Of a DNA stretch of 64,000 bases, positions 16,591 through 25,491 are shown one piece after another. Numbering within the stretch: position 1 is the stretch's first letter; every line of letters begins with the position of its first letter. The notes under the pieces are model-generated. The model had not been told where the DNA came from. It did no database searches and saw only the letters and a list, made by a program, of their open reading frames with translations. Made by a program: the position numbers and the translations under genes. The DNA comes from Opitutia bacterium (GTDB lineage: Bacteria; Verrucomicrobiota; Verrucomicrobiia; Opitutales; Opitutaceae): assembly GCA_947472765.1 (NCBI GenBank), contig CANJCM010000003.1, forward strand, positions 29,612 through 93,611, in the 5' to 3' direction.

Positions 16591-16790
16591 GGTTCAGAGC
16601 GCTGAGATTGATCGATGGCCTTCCTGACCTGCTTTTCCTGATAGGGGTGCGCGTCGTCGCCGGGATTGCCCGAAAGAGTTACACGGGGACCGTACAGATG
16701 CTCGAAGTTGCGGTGACTGCCTTTTCCTCCCCGGTCGGAAAAACCGGCGTCTTTCAAGTCCGCGATTAACTGACGAATCTTGCGGGGCAT
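16587..16790 (-). CDS. hicA: HicA-family mRNA interferase toxin
   Basis: MPRKIRQLIADLKDAGF...GKGSHRNFEH...GDDAHPYQEKQVRKAI matches the HicA (YcfA-like) pattern. ATG 16790 preferred over the TTG at 16796. Confidence 0.85.
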   Translation of the reverse strand: MPRKIRQLIADLKDAGFSDRGGKGSHRNFEHLYGPRVTLSGNPGDDAHPYQEKQVRKAIDQSQRSEP

Positions 16791-17030
16791 GGTCAAGTAT
16801 CAAACTGATACTACATGGCAGCCAAGGGAGAGCGACTGGGAGCGCCGGTCGAGTTGCCCGACGAACGGGCTCCCCTGGGTGACACGCATCGGGATCATCC
16901 GGCAGGTCAGCACGGGACACGGGGTTGCTACAACAGCTGCCCGGACCCGAATCAGGGGGATTCGTCGGTCTTGGTCGGTCGTGCTTGCGCCTCTGCGTCC
17001 GGGCGACCAATTTTTCATTACCCCCCCCCA

Positions 17031-19781
17031 ATGATCCCTCATGGTTCCAGTGTGCTGGGCTGTTTCTTGCTCGCGTTGGGCCTCGGGCCAGCGCTGTCCC
17101 TCCACGGGGCGGCGACCCTGCCCGAGAATGAAGTGCTCGCCTTTACCGATCGCTATTGCTCGAGCTGCCACAACGACGTGGACAAGGAAGGCGGGCTCGA
17201 TTTGACCGCCCTGAAGTATGCGCCGGACGAGCCGGCGAACTTCCTCACCTGGGTCAAGGTCCACGATCGGGTCCGGGATGGCGAAATGCCGCCGAAGGAA
17301 AAGAAGCGTCCCGCGGCCGCCGATGTCGGCGCCTTCGTGAAGGTGCTGAATTCATCGCTGACGACATTCGACCGCGCACTGGTGGCGGGAGAGGGCCGCG
17401 CCCCGCGGCGCCGGCTCAACCGCACCGAATACGAGAATGCCGTGCGGGATCTCTTCCAGGCGCCCTGGCTCGATGTGAAGACGAAGCTGCCGGAGGACGG
17501 TGAGAGCGCGCGTTTCAACAAATCCAGCCAGGCGCTCAGTGTTTCGTTCGTGCACATGAAGCAATACATGGTCGCCGCCGAGAGTGCGATCAGCGCGCTC
17601 ATGGGCGTCGAGTACGTGCGGCCGCCCACGACGACGAAGCGTTATTATGCGCGTGATATTCCGGGCATGACCAATTTCGGCCCCAACAACGCCCGGAGTA
17701 AATTTCCGGTCCTGGACCAGGGGCCCCAGCCCGAGATCCTTCGTGGTCAGGCTCCGACCACGGTCGGCGAGAGCGACCCCGTGACCCGCGAACTCGAGGC
17801 CGTGGGCTGGACCGCCAGTGATTATGAAGCCTTCCCGACGGACTGGCGCAGCTTCCGGGTGCCGGTGACGGGAAGGTACCGCGTCCGCTTCAGCGGTCTC
17901 ACCGTGTGGGTGGGCGGCGGTGGAAGACCGCGGGGTAATGCGCCCGAACCTGCCGCCAAGGCGACGCCGGCCGGCAAAGGCGCGGGCCCGGCCGCCCCGC
18001 CACGGATGAACGAACCGCGCTGGTACAACTCGGATTACGAGAAAATTTTCCCGGGTCGCCGCGACGAGCCGATTCATGTGTATGCGCGGGGCTCGGCGGG
18101 GAAGCTATTGGGAACCTTCGACCTCACGCCCGAACCCGCGGTGCACGAACTCGACTCTCTCTGGTTAACGACGGGGCAGATTCTGGTCACGGACTCGGTG
18201 CGGTTCTTCCGCACCCGGCCGGTTCCGCGTAACAGCTGGACGAACGCTTTGGTGCAGCGGGATGGCGCGCCCGGGGTGGCCTTTCGCTGGATTGAAGTCG
18301 ATGGTCCGCTCTACGACGAATCGTCCCGCGCCGGCTACCGGCTGCTCTTTGGGGACCGGTCGATGAAAAAAGTCGGGAAGAACGAACCCGGCGTCGCCAT
18401 CGAAGTCGCGAACCCCGCCACCGGCGCCGGTTATGCCGCCCGCGGGATGGGGCAGACGATGCGGATTTCCGTGGAGGTCGAGTCGGCCAATCCTTCCGAA
18501 GACAGCGAGCGCCTGCTGCGCGATTTTCTCCCGCGGGCGTTTCGGCGGCCGGTGGCGGAGGGCGAGGTCCAACGCTATCTCTCCCTGTTTCAGGAGAGCA
18601 TGAAGACCGGGCTTGGTTTTGCCGGCGCGATGCGGGGGGCTTACACTGCAATCCTGGCCTCACCCGACTTTGTCTTTATCGATGAGCCCAAAGGCCGGCT
18701 CGATGATTATGCGCTGGCCACGCGGCTCGCGCTCTTCCTCTGGAATTCGACGCCCGACGAGACCCTGCGCCAGCGTGCAGCCCGGGGGGAGTTGAGCCGG
18801 CCCCAAGTTCTGCGCGCCGAAACCGAGCGCATGCTCTCCGATCCGAAAGCCCGCCGGCTGACCAGCGCGTTTCTCGATTACTGGCTCGATTTGCGGAAGA
18901 TCAACGACACGACGCCGTCCGAGTCGCTCTACAACGATTACTATCTCGACGATGCTTTGGTGGAAGCGGCGATCGATGAGACGCGCCTTTACTTTGCCGA
19001 CTTGCTCCAGCGTGACCGCCCCGCGCGGGAGGTGGTCGATTCCGATTACACCTTCTTGAACGAGCGTCTGGCGGAGCACTACGGCATTTCCGGCGTCAGT
19101 GGCGTGGCCATGCGGCCGGTCGCGCTTCCGGTGGACAGTCCGCGGGGCGGCCTGATGACCCAGGCGAGTGTGCTCAAGGTGACCGCCAATGGGACCACCA
19201 CTTCGCCAGTGATCCGCGGCGCGTGGATGTTCGAGCGAATTCTCGGCCGCCAGATCCCGCTGCCGCCCGCGGCCGTCCCGGCCGTGGAGCCCGACACGCG
19301 TGGGGCCGTCACGATTCGCCAGCAACTCGAGCGGCACCGGGCCGACGAGAGTTGCGCCGCCTGTCATCGGAAGATCGATCCCGCCGGGTTTGCGCTCGAA
19401 AACTTCGACATCATGGGTGCCTGGCGTGATCGCTATCGCAGCGAAGCCGGTTTGGGGCTGCCCGAGACGTTCACCCGTTTCGGCAAGAACGGGGCGCCCC
19501 TGACTTACCGCTTCGCGCTGCCGGTCGACGCCAGCGGCCAGTTGCCTGACGGCCGACCGTTCCAGGACATCGGAGAACTGAAGGCTCTGCTCCTGAAGGA
19601 CGAAGCCCAGATCGCGCGGAATCTTACACGGCAGCTGCTGACCTATGCGACGGGGGTGCCGGAACGCTTCAGCGACCGCGCCATCATCACGCAAATTCTG
19701 GAGCGCGCCAAATCCAGGCAATACGGCGTGCGCTCCTTGGTGCACGAGTTAATCCAGAGCGATCTGTTTCTAAACAAATAG
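17031..19781 (+). CDS. DUF1592/DUF1595/DUF1587/DUF1588/DUF1585-type large secreted heme-c-motif protein (paralog 1)
   Basis: Signal peptide after ATG 17031. CSSCHNDVDKEGGLDL (CxxCH). C-terminal HRADESCAACHRKIDPAGFALENFDIMGAWRDRY (DUF1585-like). Alignable along its full length with 37026-39806. Confidence 0.85.
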   Translation: MIPHGSSVLGCFLLALGLGPALSLHGAATLPENEVLAFTDRYCSSCHNDVDKEGGLDLTALKYAPDEPANFLTWVKVHDRVRDGEMPPKEKKRPAAADVGAFVKVLNSSLTTFDRALVAGEGRAPRRRLNRTEYENAVRDLFQAPWLDVKTKLPEDGESARFNKSSQALSVSFVHMKQYMVAAESAISALMGVEYVRPPTTTKRYYARDIPGMTNFGPNNARSKFPVLDQGPQPEILRGQAPTTVGESDPVTRELEAVGWTASDYEAFPTDWRSFRVPVTGRYRVRFSGLTVWVGGGGRPRGNAPEPAAKATPAGKGAGPAAPPRMNEPRWYNSDYEKIFPGRRDEPIHVYARGSAGKLLGTFDLTPEPAVHELDSLWLTTGQILVTDSVRFFRTRPVPRNSWTNALVQRDGAPGVAFRWIEVDGPLYDESSRAGYRLLFGDRSMKKVGKNEPGVAIEVANPATGAGYAARGMGQTMRISVEVESANPSEDSERLLRDFLPRAFRRPVAEGEVQRYLSLFQESMKTGLGFAGAMRGAYTAILASPDFVFIDEPKGRLDDYALATRLALFLWNSTPDETLRQRAARGELSRPQVLRAETERMLSDPKARRLTSAFLDYWLDLRKINDTTPSESLYNDYYLDDALVEAAIDETRLYFADLLQRDRPAREVVDSDYTFLNERLAEHYGISGVSGVAMRPVALPVDSPRGGLMTQASVLKVTANGTTTSPVIRGAWMFERILGRQIPLPPAAVPAVEPDTRGAVTIRQQLERHRADESCAACHRKIDPAGFALENFDIMGAWRDRYRSEAGLGLPETFTRFGKNGAPLTYRFALPVDASGQLPDGRPFQDIGELKALLLKDEAQIARNLTRQLLTYATGVPERFSDRAIITQILERAKSRQYGVRSLVHELIQSDLFLNK

Positions 19782-19883
19782 GATTGGCCATCCCTTGATC
19801 TGCTGAAGCGTTACCCCCAAGCAGCGAAGTCCGACTCCCGTTTTAACCTTCCCCTTTTTTTCACCGCCCCAACCTGTCCCGTC

Positions 19884-21233
19884 ATGCATAAAAAGCCCCT
19901 CGCGACCGCCCCTTTTATTTGCACCCGAGCGCCGATGTCGCGCCGCCACTTCCTGCGTGGTACCGGCGTCGCGCTGGCCCTCCCATTCCTCGACACGATG
20001 CGTCCGGTGTTTGCCGCCGCGCCGGCGAGCGACTCACCTCTCGCTCGAAATGCGAAGCCGCGCCGGTTCTTCGCCATCTGCAATAATCTGGGCGTCCTGC
20101 CGCCTGCCTTTTTTCCGACCGGCAGCGGGCGCGACTACGTGGCGTCTCCCTACCTCGAACTGCTCCAGGACCACCGCAACGATTTCACCGCCTTCAGCGG
20201 CGTTTCGTTCGCCGGAGTCGATAGCGGACATCCGGGCGACATCTGTTTTCTGACGGCCGCTCCGCACCCGAGCTCCTCCGCGTTCCGGAACACGATCTCC
20301 CTCGACCAGTTCATTGCGGACCGCATCGGAGTCCTTACCCGCTTTCCCTCGATCACCCTCGCGGTCAACACCCGCAGCCGCAGTCTCTCCTATTCCTCGA
20401 CGGGCGTGGGCGTCCCGCCGGAGGACAAGGCGGCAGAGATTTTCAAGCAGCTCTTCGTCCAGGGCGATCCCAGCGAGGTGGATGCCCAAGTCCGACAGCT
20501 GCAGCTGGGGCGCAGCATCCTCGACACCATCAGCGAGCGCGCGAAGGAGGTCCAACGGCAGGCGAGTGCCTCCGATCGGAATCGGCTCGATGAATATTTC
20601 ACGAGTGTGCGCGATCTGGAAAACCGCCTGCATGCCTCCCAGGGCTGGGAAAGAAAGCCGAAGCCTGTGGTGCAGGCGAAAGAGCCGGTCGATCCGGCCA
20701 ATCCGGCGCAATACATGGAAAAGGTGGCGGTGATGTACGATCTGACCCGACTCGCCTTTCAGACCGATTCCACCCGCAACATCACCCTAATGCTCGATAG
20801 CGTGTCCACGCCCACGTTGGAGGGAGTGCCCGATATCAACATCACCGATGGCTATCACAACCTGTCGCACCACGGCAAATCGCCCGAAAAGCTGAGCCAG
20901 TTGCGCGCGATCGACATGATGCACATGAAGCTGCTCGCGAAACTCTTTGGCGACTTCAAGGCCGTGAAGGAAGAGGACGAATCGCTGCTCGATCGCTCCA
21001 TGATCCTTTACGGTTCGAATATGGGTGACGCCAATTCCCATGTGAACACGAACATGCCGGTCCTCTTTGCCGGCGGTGGGTTCAGGCACGGGCAACACCT
21101 CGCCTTCGATACTCTTCCGGAACGCAACTATCCTCTGGCAAACCTGCTGGTTTCCATTCTGCATCGCTTGGGCATCGAGGAGGACAAGTTCGCCTCCTCG
21201 ACCGGCACGATGCGTGGTTTGGAACTGACGTAA
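19884..21233 (+). CDS. DUF1552 protein with twin-arginine signal (paralog 1)
   Basis: [22 protein letters not shown] motif. Clear paralog of 39849-41195. The C-terminal GGGFRHGQH region resembles DUF1501-type proteins. Confidence 0.85.
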   Translation: MHKKPLATAPFICTRAPMSRRHFLRGTGVALALPFLDTMRPVFAAAPASDSPLARNAKPRRFFAICNNLGVLPPAFFPTGSGRDYVASPYLELLQDHRNDFTAFSGVSFAGVDSGHPGDICFLTAAPHPSSSAFRNTISLDQFIADRIGVLTRFPSITLAVNTRSRSLSYSSTGVGVPPEDKAAEIFKQLFVQGDPSEVDAQVRQLQLGRSILDTISERAKEVQRQASASDRNRLDEYFTSVRDLENRLHASQGWERKPKPVVQAKEPVDPANPAQYMEKVAVMYDLTRLAFQTDSTRNITLMLDSVSTPTLEGVPDINITDGYHNLSHHGKSPEKLSQLRAIDMMHMKLLAKLFGDFKAVKEEDESLLDRSMILYGSNMGDANSHVNTNMPVLFAGGGFRHGQHLAFDTLPERNYPLANLLVSILHRLGIEEDKFASSTGTMRGLELT

Positions 21234-21269
21234 GCTTTAACCCCTGTGAGCTGAATTCTCGAAGTACCC

Positions 21270-21635
21270 ATGAAAAGACGTGAATTTATTGGACTCGTAG
21301 CCGTCGGCGCCGCCGGCGCGGTGTTGCCGGCCGCAGCCTCGTATTTGCCGGCCGCGGCTCATCCCCGGCTGCTCGATATCCTGCATGATGACGAGCTCGT
21401 GCGGGAGATCGGCCGGAGCTATCGCGAGATGGCGTCCGGAGAGAATGACGTGCGGGTCCTCACGGAGGCGATTCTCGCCGACCGCACCGGATCGGTTTCC
21501 GCGGCGCTGAGCGCCCGCCTGGACCAGCAGGTGAAGGACGATTTCACTCTGGGCCGGACCGTGAAAGTCAATGGCTGGATTCTCTCCGTGACCGAAGCGC
21601 AGCAGTGCGCGTTGTATTCGTTGCAGGCGCCCTGA
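21270..21635 (+). CDS. Small TAT-signal subunit of a flavoprotein dehydrogenase complex (hitch-hiker subunit-like)
   Basis: MKRREFIGLVAVGAAGAVL twin-arginine leader. 121 aa. Lies 33 nt upstream of a signal-less GMC flavoprotein gene. Confidence 0.6.
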   Translation: MKRREFIGLVAVGAAGAVLPAAASYLPAAAHPRLLDILHDDELVREIGRSYREMASGENDVRVLTEAILADRTGSVSAALSARLDQQVKDDFTLGRTVKVNGWILSVTEAQQCALYSLQAP

Positions 21636-21668
21636 CCCAATCGACCAGACAAATCTTCCAAGTACCCC

Positions 21669-23234
21669 ATGCACATCGACGCACGAACGCTGGACAACGG
21701 CAGCCTGATCGAAGGCGACCTCTGTATTATTGGCACTGGCGCCGCCGGCCTCAGCATTGCGCTGGAATGGGTCGCGGCGGGACGGAAGGTCATCCTGCTG
21801 GAAGCCGGCGGTTTCGACCCCGAGGCGAGGATGCAGGCGCTCTATCGCGGCGCTTCACTGGACCGGCCCTACTATCCGCTGCAGGCGGCGAGATTGCACT
21901 ATTTCGGGGGCACGACCGGCCACTGGGCGGGATACTGCTCGCCCTTCGATCCGATCGACTTTGTGAAACGCGATTGGGTCCCGCACAGCGGCTGGCCGAT
22001 CACCCGCGCGGACCTCGACGTTTACTATGCCCGCGCCAACAAGCTCCTCGAACTGGGGCCTTACGAGATGTACAATCCCTCCAATTGGGAGGGGTTGGAT
22101 CCCGAGGTGAGAAGGCTGCCGCTCGACGGCAAGGTCTTCTATCCGAAGATGTGGCAGTTCAGCCCGCCGACCCGGATGGGTACGATCTATCGCGACCAGA
22201 TCGTGAAGTCGGACAATGTTCATCTCTACACCTACGCGAAAGTGGTCGAGGTCGTGCCGAACCGCGACCTGAACGCGATCGAGGGGTTGCGGGTGAAGAC
22301 CATCGACGGCAAGGAGCATCAGGCGCGGGCTCGGCAGTATGTCGTGGCCTGTGGTTCGATCCACAGCGCCCGGCTGCTGCTCGCGTCGAACAGTCGCGCC
22401 CCCAACGGCGTCGGCAATCAGAACGACAACGTCGGCCGATTCTTCCAGGAGCATTTCGAGATCATGACGGCGCAGTTGACCTTCGAGAAGCCGCCGGCCG
22501 CCAAGATTTATACGATTTCCACGATCGGTGACATCCGGGCGCGGGCCGAAATGGCCTTGTCGGGGGATGTGCAGACGAAGCATCGGATTCTCAATGGTAC
22601 CGCGTCGTTCCGCCCGGGGGTCATCACGGGCAGCGAACAGAGCCGCTTTGCGACGTTTTCCGCCGATGCGGTGGCCAATGTGGAAGCGAGACGGAAGGCG
22701 GAGCGGGAGAGGGGGAAGGCGAAGGCCGGCGGCGCGGCCCAAGCCAAGGCGGCGCCGGACGGTCCATCCTTGTCCTACGTCGCTGCCACTCGACAGGAGC
22801 AAACGCCCAATCCCGAATCCCGCATCGTGCTCGATGCCGAGAAGGATGAGCTTGGGATGCCGCTGGCCAACCTGCGCTGGAAGTTCACCAAGCTCGACAA
22901 GCGGTCGATCCGCATTTTCTACGAGTTGCTCGGGCAGGAATTGGGGCGCGCCGGGTTGGGCCGCGTCCAGGTCATGGACTGGCTGCTGGACGGCAACGAC
23001 GAGAGCTGGCCCAGTATTCTCGCCGCGGGCTGGCACCATATGGGCACCCTCCGCATGGCGGAGAATCCGAAAGAAGGGGTGGTCGACGCCAACTGCAAAG
23101 TCCATGGTCTCTCGAACCTGTTTGTCGCGGGCGATCCGGTCTTTTCCACCTCCGGAGCCCCCAATCCGACGCTGACGGTGGTCGCCGTGGCGCTTCGTCT
23201 GTCGGATCACTTGAAGAACAAAGTGTTGGTCTGA
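21669..23234 (+). CDS. GMC-family FAD-dependent oxidoreductase (no own signal peptide)
   Basis: DLCIIGTGAAGLSIALEW...LLEAGG FAD-binding fold. C-terminal HHMGTLRM...VVDANCKVHGLSNLFVAGDPVFSTSGAPNPTLT GMC signature region. Confidence 0.88.
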   Translation: MHIDARTLDNGSLIEGDLCIIGTGAAGLSIALEWVAAGRKVILLEAGGFDPEARMQALYRGASLDRPYYPLQAARLHYFGGTTGHWAGYCSPFDPIDFVKRDWVPHSGWPITRADLDVYYARANKLLELGPYEMYNPSNWEGLDPEVRRLPLDGKVFYPKMWQFSPPTRMGTIYRDQIVKSDNVHLYTYAKVVEVVPNRDLNAIEGLRVKTIDGKEHQARARQYVVACGSIHSARLLLASNSRAPNGVGNQNDNVGRFFQEHFEIMTAQLTFEKPPAAKIYTISTIGDIRARAEMALSGDVQTKHRILNGTASFRPGVITGSEQSRFATFSADAVANVEARRKAERERGKAKAGGAAQAKAAPDGPSLSYVAATRQEQTPNPESRIVLDAEKDELGMPLANLRWKFTKLDKRSIRIFYELLGQELGRAGLGRVQVMDWLLDGNDESWPSILAAGWHHMGTLRMAENPKEGVVDANCKVHGLSNLFVAGDPVFSTSGAPNPTLTVVAVALRLSDHLKNKVLV

Positions 23235-23341
23235 GCCAGGCGACGCGACGTGCCGGTCCGGGCAGCACGGGATCGAGTGCCAAACTCGATCCGCAGTGAT
23301 GCCGGGACCGTCGCCGGGCGTTGATTATTGAGACTCGTCTA

Positions 23342-23430
23342 TCAGCCTGACATCACGTTTCGGATCCCTGCCCTCACGGGCAGGGCCACGTTTCAGTCGT
23401 GGCCCGCTGCGTGAGCAGCGGGAGGATTGG
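23342..23430. mobile_element. Family B MITE-like element, copy 3 (reverse orientation, rearranged modules)
   Basis: TCAGCCTGACATCACGT..GGATCCCTGCCCTCACGGGCAGGGCCACGTTTCAGTCGTGGCC matches the reverse complement of copy 1. It is followed by the CGCTGCGTGAGCAGCGGG hairpin. Confidence 0.75.
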
Positions 23431-23494
23431 CGTGCCAATATGCGTCAGTCCATTGGGCGAGCCTCAATCGGTCGGGCCTTTGGGCCCCCCCTGA

Positions 23495-24646
23495 TTACCG
23501 GAACGAGCCGAAGTGCAACGGCTCCTTGATCCGCGGATCGTCCAGCGTCTGGAAGGTCGAGACCACGTCGAAATTCGTCCAATCGCGGAGTGCCCACACG
23601 ATCTGTCTGGCGGGGGTGACTTCAATCGCCTGCACCGGCGCCCAGAGTTCGCCGTCCGGCGTGTCGCCCGGCACCCAGGCCGTTTCGTTGTTCACCGTGA
23701 TCAGAGTGTTGCCGTTGGCCAGCCGGGTCGACGACTGCATCTTGTCGATGAGGTAGCCCTGAGCCTCGATTTCCTTCTGATTCATTTGCCAGACCGTCTT
23801 GCCCTGCGGGTCGAGTTCGATCGTGCCGATGTCGATCCGCATCGAGGTGACGAGGGTGTTGCCGTTCTTCAGCCGCTCGACCGACCACGGCCGCGGCACC
23901 ATTGCGAACCAGGTTTCCTTCCCGTGCTCGTCATACTCGGCCACCTTGTCCGCGTTGGTATAGGCGACGAGGGCGGTACCTTGGGGCGTCAGCCGCATCC
24001 GGCGCATCTGCATGTGCACGGAACGCGCCTCACTCTTGTTCGCGGTCTTCGCGACCGGGATTTCGACCTCCTTCTCGATTTTTCCCGTCGTGATGTTGGC
24101 AACAACGATATGCGCGGCGGGGTCGCCGTTGCGGAGGAAGACCACGCGGTCCTTGCCCACCGGCTGCACGCCGTCGATCTCGTGCCCCTCGTCGCGGCTT
24201 TCGCTTGGGCCGCGAGCGGGCGGCTTCACGTCATACCTCCAGACGATCTTTTTGTCCGGACTGATGATCTTCACTCCGTGGGCGTGCCCAAGCAGCAGGT
24301 TGCCGTTCGGCAGCATCGTGCCGTCATAGTAATTACCCCTGATTTCCGGATTAAAATAATTCCACACGACCTGGCCGTTCTTCACCATGACGATGCCCTT
24401 CTTGTCCCGCTGCGACTGGACGCCCGACACGAAGAAATCGTGCTGCTTGAGTCCCTTGCCCGGCAGGTTCGCCGGCGCCTGAGGTTTGTTGAAGCCGCCG
24501 GGATGAGCCGTCTTGGCGGCGGAGCCTTTGGCTCGCTCCAGCGCCTCCTTGGAAGGCGTGAACGGTTTGTCCTGGGCCGAAATGAGGCTCGTCAGCGCGA
24601 GCGCGGCGAAACTGACACCAAGCGAAGATAAGAAGGGGTTTTTCAT
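23495..24646 (-). CDS. Secreted beta-propeller repeat protein (function unknown)
   Basis: Signal peptide MKNPFLSSLGVSFAALALTSLISAQD. Recurrent NGN(L/T)L(L/V/I) strand motifs (PNGNLLLG, KNGNTLVTS, ANGNTLITV) typical of propeller blades. Confidence 0.7.
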   Translation of the reverse strand: MKNPFLSSLGVSFAALALTSLISAQDKPFTPSKEALERAKGSAAKTAHPGGFNKPQAPANLPGKGLKQHDFFVSGVQSQRDKKGIVMVKNGQVVWNYFNPEIRGNYYDGTMLPNGNLLLGHAHGVKIISPDKKIVWRYDVKPPARGPSESRDEGHEIDGVQPVGKDRVVFLRNGDPAAHIVVANITTGKIEKEVEIPVAKTANKSEARSVHMQMRRMRLTPQGTALVAYTNADKVAEYDEHGKETWFAMVPRPWSVERLKNGNTLVTSMRIDIGTIELDPQGKTVWQMNQKEIEAQGYLIDKMQSSTRLANGNTLITVNNETAWVPGDTPDGELWAPVQAIEVTPARQIVWALRDWTNFDVVSTFQTLDDPRIKEPLHFGSFR

Positions 24647-25107
24647 GATGGGGCAGGAACGGAGCATGCGCTTCATCCGGCGCGCTCACAATCCCCAAAG
24701 GCTTGGGGAGGCTTATCTGAGCCCGATGGGCATCACGCCCTGCCGGCTCGTTGAAGACGCGAAACTGCCCATCACGGCCGAAGCTCGCTAACTTTTCTGC
24801 GCCTTTTTGCGGCCAGCTCCGCCGGCGGGCGGAACTACGAACCCGGAGGCCCGGGATCTCCACTCTCAGCCCTCAACTCCAACCCCGGCTGCGATCGGCT
24901 TCACGCCAGCAAAGATCGGGACTTTGAAGCGAGGTCTCAGGCGAAAAATCGACCGGAATATGATTCGCAGCGGATCGGAGTACCTGGCTTTCGACGCGCG
25001 TCGCTTGCTCAGGGCAATTTTTTCGCGGGGCTCGTTGGTGGCTGCGCCATCCGCAGCCCAGTCGCCGGCGGGAGCAGTTGCCCTCCTGCGCCGAGGCTAC
25101 GGAGGGC

Positions 25108-25141
25108 ATCCTTCGCCTTCGCCTCGCTATGGCGAAGGATG
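25108..25141 (-). terminator. Hairpin at the 3' end of tRNA-Cys
   Basis: CATCCTTCGCC / GGCGAAGGATG 11-bp stem with a 12-nt loop, immediately downstream of (and overlapping 2 nt with) the tRNA 3' end. No U-tract. Confidence 0.3.
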
Positions 25142-25214
25142 GAGGCGCGGGTCGGAATTGAACCGACGCATAGAGGTTTTGCAGACCTCGGCCTTACCAC
25201 TTGGCTACCGCGCC
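25140..25214 (-). tRNA. tRNA-Cys (anticodon GCA)
   Basis: 75 nt. Acceptor GGCGCGG/CCGCGCC, anticodon stem GAGGT/ACCTC with loop CT-GCA-AA, T-arm GTCGG-TTCAATT-CCGAC, encoded CCA. Confidence 0.93.
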
Positions 25215-25491
25215 GTACTCCCAGAGCGGCGGAACTTGCAGGAAAGAATTCGGACTCGCAAGAACTGAAATGGCCGCGGCGTCGGCCTCGCGTCGTTTTC
25301 ACGTGGCCCCGATCCTAAGGGCCGGGATGCCGCAATGGCGGCGCGCAAATTTGTCCCGCTGCGGACTATCAGGTCCGCCGCGGAATTCGGATCGCAACGA
25401 CCTGAAATTACGGATTTCGCCGGTCGGAGACCAGTGCTACTGGAGGAGAAATTCTATTGGCTCGCTCCGATGCGGCTGGCTCCATCGCGCC

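Noticed and set aside
16147-16605. 152-aa plus-strand ORF opposite hicB, and 15538-16140 (+) opposite the small antitoxin-like gene.
   Set aside because: The minus-strand genes have family-typical sequences (HicB fold, RHH-like tail). The plus-strand translations are low-complexity.
25201-25491. N-terminal extension of the NahK-like ORF, and ORF 24807-25268.
   Set aside because: Both overlap tRNA-Cys (25140-25214). Kinase homology starts at ATG 25492.
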